Translations under genes and position numbers: made by a program | Part shown: piece by piece, positions 1-8,156 of the stretch | How the letters are laid out: the number at the start of each line of letters is the position of its first letter | Numbering within the stretch: the first letter of the stretch is position 1 | The notes under the pieces: generated by a model | What the model was told of the DNA's origin: nothing | What the model saw: only the letters and a program-made list of their open reading frames with translations | The model's database searches: none | Source: Nitratiruptor sp. | Lineage (GTDB): Bacteria; Campylobacterota; Campylobacteria; Campylobacterales; Nitratiruptoraceae | DNA length: 32,784 bases | NCBI GenBank assembly: GCA_015494505.1 | Contig: WGBB01000029.1 | Location: forward strand, 1-32,784 | Reading direction: 5' to 3'

Positions 1-508
1 CCATAAAAGCAGGGATGAGTGTGGTGAGGGAGATATCTTCGGGGGTTTTGGGCTTTTCCTTTGCGATGTCGAGAAAAAGCTGGATATCTTTTTTTTCGGT
101 GTTGTTGAGCAAAAACTTCTTGATAGGTTTGCTGGCACGCTGCACTAGCTCTACGTCGTTGATCTCTTTTTTTATGTAGGGCTGAATGGCAGTGTCGTTT
201 ATCTGGATAAAAACAGGCTTCATGATAAAAAAGGTGATAAAAAGAGAAAGTGCTATGATAACCTGGTTTGGCGGCGACTGGGGGATGCCCAGGGCATGGC
301 GCAAGAGCGACAGGACGATGACGATGCGCGTAAAGGATGTGAGGGTGATCAAAATCGCCGGAGCGAGGCTGAGAATCGTGATGAGAAAGAGAATTTTGAG
401 CGTGACGTCGAGATTTTTGAGCTGCTCGAGGGTCTGGTCGACGATGGTACCGTCAGCCGCTAGAAGCGGGAGCGAAAAAAAAATAGCTATCAGGAGTAAC
501 CTATTCAC
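1..508 (-). CDS. fliP: Flagellar export gate protein FliP (5' part; truncated by window edge)
   Basis: Not in the ORF track. Manual translation from GTG at 508 gives MNRLLLIAIFFSLPLLAADG...LSLAPAILITLTSFTRIVIVLSLLRHALGIPQSPPNQV...LIPAFM, the FliP signature motifs. The start overlaps the fliO stop. Confidence 0.95.
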   Translation of the reverse strand, partial: MNRLLLIAIFFSLPLLAADGTIVDQTLEQLKNLDVTLKILFLITILSLAPAILITLTSFTRIVIVLSLLRHALGIPQSPPNQVIIALSLFITFFIMKPVFIQINDTAIQPYIKKEINDVELVQRASKPIKKFLLNNTEKKDIQLFLDIAKEKPKTPEDISLTTLIPAFM

Positions 509-758
509 CCTCTTTCCATTCTTTGAGTATCTTGATGCCGCTTTCGTCCGATGATAGCAAAAATATGCTTTGCTTTATTTTAGCCAAAAAGATAAATCGG
601 TTTTTACCGAGCATCCGGCTCTCAATAATCTGAATCTCCTTGCCTCCAAGATGCATTTTGGAGCCGTAGTTACGCACATAATAATAGACTGCATAGAGTA
701 TGGTAAAAAGCAGCGCGAAAGAGGCGAGAAACTTGACGATTTCGTAGCTATCTGGCAA
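501..758 (-). CDS. fliO: Flagellar biogenesis protein FliO
   Basis: 85 aa with one N-terminal TM helix, then IQIIESRMLGKNRFIFLAKI (FliO beta domain). It lies between fliN and fliP. Confidence 0.8.
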   Translation of the reverse strand: MPDSYEIVKFLASFALLFTILYAVYYYVRNYGSKMHLGGKEIQIIESRMLGKNRFIFLAKIKQSIFLLSSDESGIKILKEWKEGE

Positions 759-996
759 GGTCGACTATCCTCACACCGTATTTTTCATTGGCTATGACCA
801 GTTCGCCTACGGCGAAAGGTTTGCGGTTGAGATTGACGGTGATGTACTCTTCTATGTTTTTGTCCAACTCTATGATATCCCCCTCTTTGAGAGAGAGGAT
901 TTCCACGAGCAGCTTATGCACACGCCCCACTTCTATATCGATTTTGAGGTTGACGTCGGACAAAAAATCTATCTGTGGATGAATAGGGTTTTGCAT
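748..996 (-). CDS. fliN: Flagellar motor switch protein FliN (minimal SPOA domain)
   Basis: 82 aa, LSDVNLKIDIEVG...LKEGDIIELDK...GELVIANEKYGVRI. Confidence 0.92.
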   Translation of the reverse strand: MQNPIHPQIDFLSDVNLKIDIEVGRVHKLLVEILSLKEGDIIELDKNIEEYITVNLNRKPFAVGELVIANEKYGVRIVDLAR

Positions 997-1003
997 AGCT
1001 ACC

Positions 1004-1513
1004 TCACGCCGTCTGTATCACAAAATCTGTAAAATAGACGTTCTTGACTCCGCCTATAGGTAAGATGGCGTTGACGCGTTTGAGTATCTCCTCTTTGAGT
1101 TCCTCGATGCCCTCGGCTGTGCGAAGCTCTTTGGAAGATTTGGTAAAGAGCAGCGTGGTGATGGCGTCTTTGACTTGCGGGAGGCGCTTTTCGAGTTCCG
1201 CTTTTATTTTATCGTCCTGCACGTCGAGGACGATAGTGATTTTAAGATAGCGGTCGGCATCTTTGTCTTGCAAATTGACGATAAACGTACCCACGTCAAA
1301 CTGTACGCCGATATCCTCGACGTTTTTTATCTCGTCGACGACCTTTTCGGCTTTTTTCTCTTTTTCTTTGGCCTCTTTTTTCTTATCGAGCACCAAAAAC
1401 TTGTAAGCCGCGCCGCCTGCTGCACCTAACACCACAAGCAAAACTACGAGAATGATGATGAGCTTTTTTTTGCCGCCCTTCTTCTCTTGCTGCTCATTCG
1501 CTTCTTCAGCCAT
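1004..1513 (-). CDS. fliL: Flagellar basal body-associated protein FliL
   Basis: KKGGKKKLIIILVVLLVVLG TM anchor, FIVNL, RYLKITI and C-terminal VYFTDFVIQ. ATG at 1513 preferred over TTG at 1516. Confidence 0.93.
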   Translation of the reverse strand: MAEEANEQQEKKGGKKKLIIILVVLLVVLGAAGGAAYKFLVLDKKKEAKEKEKKAEKVVDEIKNVEDIGVQFDVGTFIVNLQDKDADRYLKITIVLDVQDDKIKAELEKRLPQVKDAITTLLFTKSSKELRTAEGIEELKEEILKRVNAILPIGGVKNVYFTDFVIQTA

Positions 1514-1527
1514 CAAGTACCTTTATA

Positions 1528-2766
1528 TTAGCGTTTGATATCCATGGTGGTCTGCAAGATCTGATCGCTGGTGGTGATCGTCTTAGCATTTGCCTGGTAG
1601 GCACGCTGTGCCGTGATGAGGTTGATGAACTCTTTTGAGATGTCCACGTTACTCATCTCCAGCATCCCACTGCGTATCTTGCTGATCACACCACCTGGTA
1701 CTATTATCGGCGTAAATGTTTTTTGATTAGGGAGATACATATTATCTCCCTTGCGAATGAGTATCTCTTTGTCCTTAAAAGTAGCTACCGCGAGGCGTGC
1801 TATGTCTTTAACCTGTCCGTTTGTATAGCTACCTTTGACGATTCCGTCTTCGGAGACGGAGATGTTCATAAGATCGCCTTTACCGTAGCCGTCTTGTTGT
1901 GAATAGAAGATGAAATCTGAAGCGACCTCTTTAATATTGGAGTAGTCGATCGCTATTGTAAGATTGGATGCACCATTGGTGAGGTTGAATGTAGCAGTTT
2001 GATTCTGTCCAGATGTCAATACACCGTTTTCATCAAATGTGAGCGTATTCTCTTGTTGCTGGTCACCGTCCAGAAGCGTATAGACTTTCCATTCGTTAGA
2101 AGTTGTTGATTGATTAGTATGAACAAAATAGAACGATAAAACGTGAGAGTTTCCTAAGCTATCATACACCGGCATCGTATTGACATAGTTGTATGTTGAT
2201 GAGTCGTTCTTATCAAATGTGGCACTGATTATAGGAGTATTTGAGTCTAGGTTTGTAGGCTCTTCAAATTTCACTTTACTGGTCATATGCGGTTCCATGG
2301 AACTGGGGATGTTAACGTTAGCAAGTGCTCCCGCCATGTTGCCTTTCTCATCCAGTGCCCAGCCTTGGAGTTTATAGCCCGATTGGTTGATGATGTCACC
2401 GTTGGCATCGAGACGGAAATTACCGTCACGTGTATAGTAGATGAGATCTTTGACGCTTGGACTGCGTACCATGAAAAAACCTTCTCCATCCAGTGCCATG
2501 GAGAGCGGTTCATTGGTGTTTTTGAACGATCCTTGGGAGAAATCTTTTGTCGTGGAGCCTACATATGTCCCGCCCCCTATCTCCATGTTTTTGGGAGCGC
2601 CTGCGGATGAGTAGGTAGTGAGCGAGCTCGCCACGAGGTCGTTGAAATTGGCGCGCTCTTGTTTGTAGCCGGTGGTATTGACGTTTGCGATATTATCGGA
2701 TATGACGGAGAGCCACTCCCTGTTTGCACCCAGCCCGGTGTTGCCCGTATAAAATGATTGAATCAT
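1528..2766 (-). CDS. flgE: Flagellar hook protein FlgE
   Basis: SDNIANVNTTGYK, YTRDGNF, VYDSLGNSH (FlaE D2 domain), LEMSNVD...AQRAYQANAK; directly downstream of flgD. Confidence 0.95.
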   Translation of the reverse strand: MIQSFYTGNTGLGANREWLSVISDNIANVNTTGYKQERANFNDLVASSLTTYSSAGAPKNMEIGGGTYVGSTTKDFSQGSFKNTNEPLSMALDGEGFFMVRSPSVKDLIYYTRDGNFRLDANGDIINQSGYKLQGWALDEKGNMAGALANVNIPSSMEPHMTSKVKFEEPTNLDSNTPIISATFDKNDSSTYNYVNTMPVYDSLGNSHVLSFYFVHTNQSTTSNEWKVYTLLDGDQQQENTLTFDENGVLTSGQNQTATFNLTNGASNLTIAIDYSNIKEVASDFIFYSQQDGYGKGDLMNISVSEDGIVKGSYTNGQVKDIARLAVATFKDKEILIRKGDNMYLPNQKTFTPIIVPGGVISKIRSGMLEMSNVDISKEFINLITAQRAYQANAKTITTSDQILQTTMDIKR

Positions 2767-2767
2767 G

Positions 2768-3418
2768 TCAAACTCCTATTTGATCTATTTTTGATATTTC
2801 GATTGCACCCTTTTCAAAAGTCGCTATAAGAGAACCTTGCTCTTTTTGGATGCCTGTTATAAGTGCGGTTGCATATGTGGTGGTAGGGATATCATCGTTT
2901 CCTCTTTTGGCAACGACGCTAACGGTATAGTAACCATTTGGTATGGAACCGTCATCGATAGCGAACCGATACTTTTCGCCGGCTTTCACTTCTCCAAACT
3001 CTTTTTGGGCTACGATGTTATTGTGAGCATCATAGATATATACAGTAGCGCTCGCTGCATCCTCTTTTGGGATGAACGCCACTTCACTCTTGCCTTCATC
3101 TATGTATGTTTGCGACCCTTCATAAACAACTTTTTTGCCTATCATATTGGTGGCGGATATGAAGAGTGCGTCGTTTCCACTGAGCTTGCTCACCGAATCC
3201 TCGAAGCCCTTCATCACCTCCAGCTGGCGTAGCTTGACGGTATTGTCGATAAACTTGGAGATATCTTGCGCTTCGAAAGGATCTTGGTATTGAAATGAGG
3301 CGAGTAAAACACGCAAAAAGCCCTCTTGGTCGATCTGGGAGTTGTCATAGTTGGCGTCATAGACCTTGATCTCTTCGCCGTTTAGGGCTTTGACGGTGGT
3401 CAGATAACTACTGTTCAT
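2768..3418 (-). CDS. flgD: Hook capping protein FlgD
   Basis: FLRVLLASFQYQDPF (variant of FLKLLVAQLQNQDP), IGKKV and an Ig-like C-terminal part; upstream of flgE. Confidence 0.9.
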   Translation of the reverse strand: MNSSYLTTVKALNGEEIKVYDANYDNSQIDQEGFLRVLLASFQYQDPFEAQDISKFIDNTVKLRQLEVMKGFEDSVSKLSGNDALFISATNMIGKKVVYEGSQTYIDEGKSEVAFIPKEDAASATVYIYDAHNNIVAQKEFGEVKAGEKYRFAIDDGSIPNGYYTVSVVAKRGNDDIPTTTYATALITGIQKEQGSLIATFEKGAIEISKIDQIGV

Positions 3419-3457
3419 ATGTAGCCTTAAAATAGTATTAAGCTCATCGATAATTCG

Positions 3458-3486
3458 ATTTTATCCCAAAAAAAATTAATTAAATA
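3458..3486 (-). promoter_or_regulatory. Putative sigma70-type promoter for the flgD-flgE-fliL-fliN-fliO-fliP unit
   Basis: AT-rich intergenic gap with minus-strand TAAAAT (-10, 3458-3463) preceded by a T-tract and AT-rich upstream sequence. The same GGATAAAATC context occurs upstream of mrp. Confidence 0.4.
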
Positions 3487-3505
3487 TTAAATGACCGCTA
3501 TTTCC

Positions 3506-4801
3506 CTAAATTTCTATACTTTCGACGATGTTTTGCAGCTCTTGGAGTGATTGGCTAAAAGGACTCTTGACATGGACGGGTTGTTTGAGAAAGGCTTCTA
3601 GGTGTTCATAATTGTCTATAGCAAGGTCGAGTTTGGGTGACGAACCCTTTTTATAGAGCCCCATATGTATCATATCTTCGGCCTCTTTATAGGTAGCGAG
3701 AAGATTGATAAATTTAGCCTGCATATTTAACACCTGTTCATCGACAAGCTGAGGCGTAAGGCGGCTGATGCTTCTGAGCACATCTATTGCAGGAAAGATG
3801 CGCTTTTGTGCCATCTCTTTAGAAAGAACAATATGTCCGTCGAGAAATCCTACGGCAGCATCCGCCACGGGATCACTGCTCACCTCATCACCCTCTACAA
3901 GTACCGTGTAGATGCCGGTGATACTCCCTTTGCCCTCGAAAGTCCCAGCTTGTTCGATGATTTTAGGAAGAAGTGAAAAGACCGACGGTGTATACCCTTT
4001 GGAGGTAGGGGGCTCGCCGATAGCGAGACCTATCTCACGCTGGGCCATAGCTAGACGCGTCAGCGAATCTACCAAAAAGAGGACGTTTTTATTTTTATTG
4101 GAAAAGTAGTTTGCGATGGCGATTGCCGTATAGACGGCACGCACTTTCGCTAGCGGCGTCTGATCGCTGGTGGCGGTGACCACCACGGATTTTTCCAGAC
4201 CTTCTTGGGTGAGATTGTCCTCGATGAACTCGCGCACCTCCCTGCCGCGCTCGCCGATGAGGGCGATGACATTCACGTCTGCCTCGGTATAGCGGCTAAT
4301 CATACCTAGAAGTGTACTTTTGCCCACACCGGCTCCTGCGAAAATCCCCACGCGTTGCCCTTTTCCCAGGGTCAAAAGCGCATTGATAGAGCGTATTCCT
4401 ACATCGAGCGGCTCGCTGATGCGTCCACGCTGCATGGGATTGATGGGGTCGTTGCGCAGGTAATATTTGTTTTCGTAGCGTATGTAAGGCTTGTTGAGAG
4501 GGTTGCCGAAAGGATCGATCACGCAGCCTAAAAGCTCCTCCCCTACACCGACATTTACGGGCTCCAATGCCGCTTCGACGAAACTTCCCACTTTGACGCC
4601 GCGCGTATCGTCATAGGCCATAAGCAGCGTCTTGCCGTCGCGAAAACCCACCACTTCGGTCTCGAGGCCATTCTCGAGATAGCATGAATCTCCGATAGAG
4701 ACATTAGGGAGATACGCTTCGATGATGGGCCCGCTCACACCGACGATGCGGCCTTTGGTGATGAACTTAGGTAAGTTTTTTAGTCTCTCTTTTAATTTCA
4801 T
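3506..4801 (-). CDS. fliI: Flagellar export ATPase FliI
   Basis: Walker A AGAGVGKST, GERGRE, DSLTRLAMAQREIGL, GEPP..KGY, DGHIVLS. Confidence 0.97.
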   Translation of the reverse strand: MKLKERLKNLPKFITKGRIVGVSGPIIEAYLPNVSIGDSCYLENGLETEVVGFRDGKTLLMAYDDTRGVKVGSFVEAALEPVNVGVGEELLGCVIDPFGNPLNKPYIRYENKYYLRNDPINPMQRGRISEPLDVGIRSINALLTLGKGQRVGIFAGAGVGKSTLLGMISRYTEADVNVIALIGERGREVREFIEDNLTQEGLEKSVVVTATSDQTPLAKVRAVYTAIAIANYFSNKNKNVLFLVDSLTRLAMAQREIGLAIGEPPTSKGYTPSVFSLLPKIIEQAGTFEGKGSITGIYTVLVEGDEVSSDPVADAAVGFLDGHIVLSKEMAQKRIFPAIDVLRSISRLTPQLVDEQVLNMQAKFINLLATYKEAEDMIHMGLYKKGSSPKLDLAIDNYEHLEAFLKQPVHVKSPFSQSLQELQNIVESIEI

Positions 4802-5447
4802 CTTTTATGACGCCGATTTTCTCTTTTATTCTATTTTCAATCTTAAAGTCGTGAAACTCTATGACAAATTCGTTGTTTTTGAGCTCATCGCTCTTTTTGA
4901 CCTGCACGTTATGGAAACGCTCTTTGATAGCGTCATACATCTTCTTCGAAACCGAGATGGATAGAGGCATGTAGTTGTGGAAATCTTCGAGCAGTTTGGC
5001 TATCGCCTCTTGGACATGCTTGGTGTTGGATTTGTCGATAAAGAGAAACTCCAAAATCTCTTCGGTCGAATCGAGCACGATATCGGTAAATTTGTGCAAA
5101 AACTGATTGTAGCGCTCTTCGTAGGATTTTTCGAAAGAGAGATACTCCTCTTGCAGCCTCTTGGTCTCGGCCTCCAGGCGCTCCTCAAACTCCCGCTGCA
5201 TCGCGGCGATTTTGGATTCGAGCTCTTGCTTGAACTTCGCGCTTGCATCCTCAAAGCCCTGGTCGTAGCTCTCTTTGGAGACCTTGTTGAGAAGCTCCTT
5301 GTAGTCTTGTTCGAGCTTGAGGATCTTTTCTTGGTAGATCTTCTCTATCTCTTCTATTTTTTTAGGATCATTGCTTTCCTCTTTGATCTCCTCGCTCTCT
5401 TTTTGAAAATGTGAAAGCTGGCTAAAATCGTCTAGATCGAGTCTCAT
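4767..5447 (-). CDS. fliH: Flagellar assembly protein FliH
   Basis: Coiled-coil protein with SYDQGFEDA (GxxxG-like repeat) between fliF and fliI. ATG at 5447 forms an ATGA overlap with the fliF stop; the ORF track start at 5468 is probably too long. Confidence 0.75.
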   Translation of the reverse strand: MRLDLDDFSQLSHFQKESEEIKEESNDPKKIEEIEKIYQEKILKLEQDYKELLNKVSKESYDQGFEDASAKFKQELESKIAAMQREFEERLEAETKRLQEEYLSFEKSYEERYNQFLHKFTDIVLDSTEEILEFLFIDKSNTKHVQEAIAKLLEDFHNYMPLSISVSKKMYDAIKERFHNVQVKKSDELKNNEFVIEFHDFKIENRIKEKIGVIKDEIKRETKKLT

Positions 5448-7075
5448 TTGCCCTCTTCTTTGATCCATTTGCTGATCATATCCGCTACTATTTCAGGATT
5501 TTCCTCTGCGATTTCCAGGATTTTTTGGTATGCCGGCTCGCTCTCAAAGGAAAAGCTCTCCTCCTCTTTTTTATGCAATTCTGCCGCTGCTTGTGCTGCT
5601 TGATTTATCGTGCCGGCACCTTGGAGCTGTGCGAGCTCCTCTGCTTCGAGAGCGGCCTTTTTGGCCTTGCGCATTTTAAGAAGCATAAAAAGAAGCACCA
5701 AAAGCACGAGCGTGAGCACGCCGATGGCCGCGAGCAAGAGATAGTTGGCTTTGAGCTTTTCTACGATGGTCGCGGGAGCCGCGCCCCCAAAAGGCGTGGC
5801 GGCCCCGGCATTTTCGAAAGGAATACTGATGACCGTGACCTTGTCTCCCCGCTTGGGATCGAATCCCACGGCGCTCTTGACAAGCTGTTCGTAAGCTTGC
5901 AACTCCTCTTTTGAGCGGGGTACGAATTTGCGCGTCTCCTTACCATCTTTGTCTTTTTGGATGATATATTTGCCATCTATGAGCACGCCGACGCTGATGC
6001 GCTTGATTTTGAAAATATTGGATTTTGTAACGATGTAGCTTTTGGAGACATCGTAGTTGGTGGTAGTATCTTTTTTGTTTTTGTCCAAAAGCAGACGATT
6101 GTTTTTCGTGTTAATGGTGGCGGGGACGTTGGTAGGAGTGCCGGGAGCACCGGTTTTATCTTTTTGATACCCTTTTGTCTTTTCTTGAATCTTGCGCTCG
6201 CTCACCACGGCTACCTGGTCTGGATTGACCAGCTCGTCCTTTTTGTCTACTTTTGCCGTCTCCACGTCTACACTCGCACGCACCACCACTTTTTGAGGAC
6301 CTAATGCACGTGCCAGCATGGATTGTACGCTCTTTTCTATTTCACGTTTGAGCTTGCGCTTGATGGCCACCAGGTCCCCCACCTCTTCGTCCGCTTTTTC
6401 TTGTATCAAATCCGAGAGCACGCGTCCCGTGTTGTCCACTACGGTGACGTTTTTGGCTTTGAGCTTGGGTACGGCATGGGCGACCAAAAAGACAATCGCT
6501 TTGACCTGCTCTTTCGAAAGAGTCTTACCCGGCCACAGAGAAACTATGACGCTAGCTTTGGCTTCATCCTCTTCTCGAGCAAAAATCGAGTCTCGAGGCA
6601 AAGCTATATTGACCTTCGCATCCTTAATAGCGTCTATTTTTTTGATGGTACGGGCGAGTTCTCCTTCTATGGCTCTGATATAGTTGATATTTTCTTGAAA
6701 GTGGGTCGCGCCCATTTTCGGTTCGTTGAAAATTTCGAAACCGACATTCTGGGAGCTTGGTAGACCTTTAGAGGCAAGTTTAAGCCGCACTTCGTAAATC
6801 TTGTCTTTGGGGACGAGGATGATGGAGCCGTCCCCTTCTATCTTATACGGTATCTTCTCCTCTTGAAGCGTCGAAAGTATCTTACCGGCATCATCGGGGC
6901 TGAGGTTTGTATAGAGCACGCCGTAGTCGGGCTGAGAGATGTTGCGCATTAAAAGCGCACCAAGCAGCAAAACGATAGCAAATATTCCGAGCGCTAGAAG
7001 GAGGTTTTTAAGAAAATTTTCGCCTTTAAAGAGTGAAGAGGCCTTTTGTTTGATGTCTTCGATACTCAGTGCCAA
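5444..7075 (-). CDS. fliF: MS-ring protein FliF
   Basis: Two TM helices, YGVLYTNLS, GFEIF, RAIEGELARTI, AKASV, VGFDPKRGDKVTV, C-terminal ENPEIVADMISKWI. Confidence 0.97.
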   Translation of the reverse strand: MALSIEDIKQKASSLFKGENFLKNLLLALGIFAIVLLLGALLMRNISQPDYGVLYTNLSPDDAGKILSTLQEEKIPYKIEGDGSIILVPKDKIYEVRLKLASKGLPSSQNVGFEIFNEPKMGATHFQENINYIRAIEGELARTIKKIDAIKDAKVNIALPRDSIFAREEDEAKASVIVSLWPGKTLSKEQVKAIVFLVAHAVPKLKAKNVTVVDNTGRVLSDLIQEKADEEVGDLVAIKRKLKREIEKSVQSMLARALGPQKVVVRASVDVETAKVDKKDELVNPDQVAVVSERKIQEKTKGYQKDKTGAPGTPTNVPATINTKNNRLLLDKNKKDTTTNYDVSKSYIVTKSNIFKIKRISVGVLIDGKYIIQKDKDGKETRKFVPRSKEELQAYEQLVKSAVGFDPKRGDKVTVISIPFENAGAATPFGGAAPATIVEKLKANYLLLAAIGVLTLVLLVLLFMLLKMRKAKKAALEAEELAQLQGAGTINQAAQAAAELHKKEEESFSFESEPAYQKILEIAEENPEIVADMISKWIKEEGK

Positions 7076-7084
7076 CTGCCGCCC

Positions 7085-7372
7085 TTATACCTGCATACGC
7101 ATAATCTCTTGATAGGCTTCTATAGCCTTATTGCGCACTTCAGTAATCAGACGCAGCGAGATATCTGCCTTTTCGATAGCAGCCATCAGCTCCACCATAT
7201 TGTCCACTTTGCCTTCGAGTAGTTTTTGTTGTGCGGCATTTGCCGCTTGCAAGTCGCCATTGACATCCGCTACGAATTTTTCGATTAGCTCACCGAATCC
7301 TGCTTTTGGGTCGCTTTGCTTAGTGGCCGCTAGCTCCTGTGCCAAAGGAGCGGAAAGATTTTCTATACGCAT
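7085..7372 (-). CDS. fliE: Hook-basal body protein FliE
   Basis: C-terminal VRNKAIEAYQEIMRMQV. Confidence 0.96.
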   Translation of the reverse strand: MRIENLSAPLAQELAATKQSDPKAGFGELIEKFVADVNGDLQAANAAQQKLLEGKVDNMVELMAAIEKADISLRLITEVRNKAIEAYQEIMRMQV

Positions 7373-7380
7373 CGTCTACC

Positions 7381-7788
7381 TCATACTTTTATGATTTCGA
7401 GACTCTTTAAAAGCATCTCTTTGTGGGTATTAAACGCCGTCAAATTCGCTTCGTAGGTGCGCATCGCGGATATCATATCCACCATTTCGCGCATGGGATC
7501 GATATTGGGCAACTTGACGTAGCCATCCTTGTCTGCTAACGGGTTTGTGGGGTCGTACTTGAGCTTGTAAGGCGAAGAATCTTCCATCACCTCTTTGATG
7601 GCTACCTTAGAAAGAGGAATGCCGGCTTCGCTATCGATTACCTCCTCAAATACGGGAATTTTACGGCGATAGGGATTGCCTTTATCATCTACGGCATTTG
7701 CGTTGGCAAGGTTGCTAGCGATAATATCCATACGGTACTTCTGGACCGAAAGACCGGTTTGCGCGACTTCAAGACCCTTAAAAAGCAT
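7381..7788 (-). CDS. flgC: Basal body rod protein FlgC
   Basis: IASNLANAN, PYRRK, YDPTNPLADKDGYVKLPNID, EMVDMISAMRTYEAN. Confidence 0.96.
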   Translation of the reverse strand: MLFKGLEVAQTGLSVQKYRMDIIASNLANANAVDDKGNPYRRKIPVFEEVIDSEAGIPLSKVAIKEVMEDSSPYKLKYDPTNPLADKDGYVKLPNIDPMREMVDMISAMRTYEANLTAFNTHKEMLLKSLEIIKV

Positions 7789-7790
7789 GA

Positions 7791-8156
7791 TTATCTCCCA
7801 CTTATGACGAGTTTAAGTTTGCTAAACTCTTTTTTGAGATTTTCACCCAGCGCCTTGTACATGATGGAGCTTTCGGCCAACTTCGCCAGCTCCTCTTGCA
7901 CGTCGACTCTGTTATCGTCATACCCCCGTATATCCCCGCTCTCCACTTCGCGAAACTTCATACCGCTGAGATTTGGATCGATATGGCGAGGGTCTTCTCG
8001 CTTAAGGCGCATCTGGTCATCTACCATCTTTTCAAACACGAGATCTTTCGGTTTGTAGCCGGGAGTGTCGGCATTCGCTATATTGCTCTGGATAACTTTG
8101 GTACGCTCGAGATAGAAGGAAGCCATTTTGGAGAGGTTATCGACTTTATCCCACAT
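7791..8156 (-). CDS. flgB: Basal body rod protein FlgB
   Basis: SNIANADTPGYKPKDLVF, DDNRVDVQEE; upstream of flgC. Confidence 0.95.
   Translation of the reverse strand: MWDKVDNLSKMASFYLERTKVIQSNIANADTPGYKPKDLVFEKMVDDQMRLKREDPRHIDPNLSGMKFREVESGDIRGYDDNRVDVQEELAKLAESSIMYKALGENLKKEFSKLKLVISGR

Noticed and set aside
186-554. 122-aa plus-strand ORF at the left edge
   Set aside because: The real gene is fliP on the minus strand, missed by the track because it is truncated.
748-996. Short fliN as a pseudogene or redundant duplicate
   Set aside because: The SPOA domain is intact with an RBS and coupling to fliO; two FliN-type proteins are common.
3440-3475. Possible sigma28 promoter (TATCGATG) upstream of flgD
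   Set aside because: Poor -10 match and no properly spaced TAAA; a sigma70-like TAAAAT fits at least as well.
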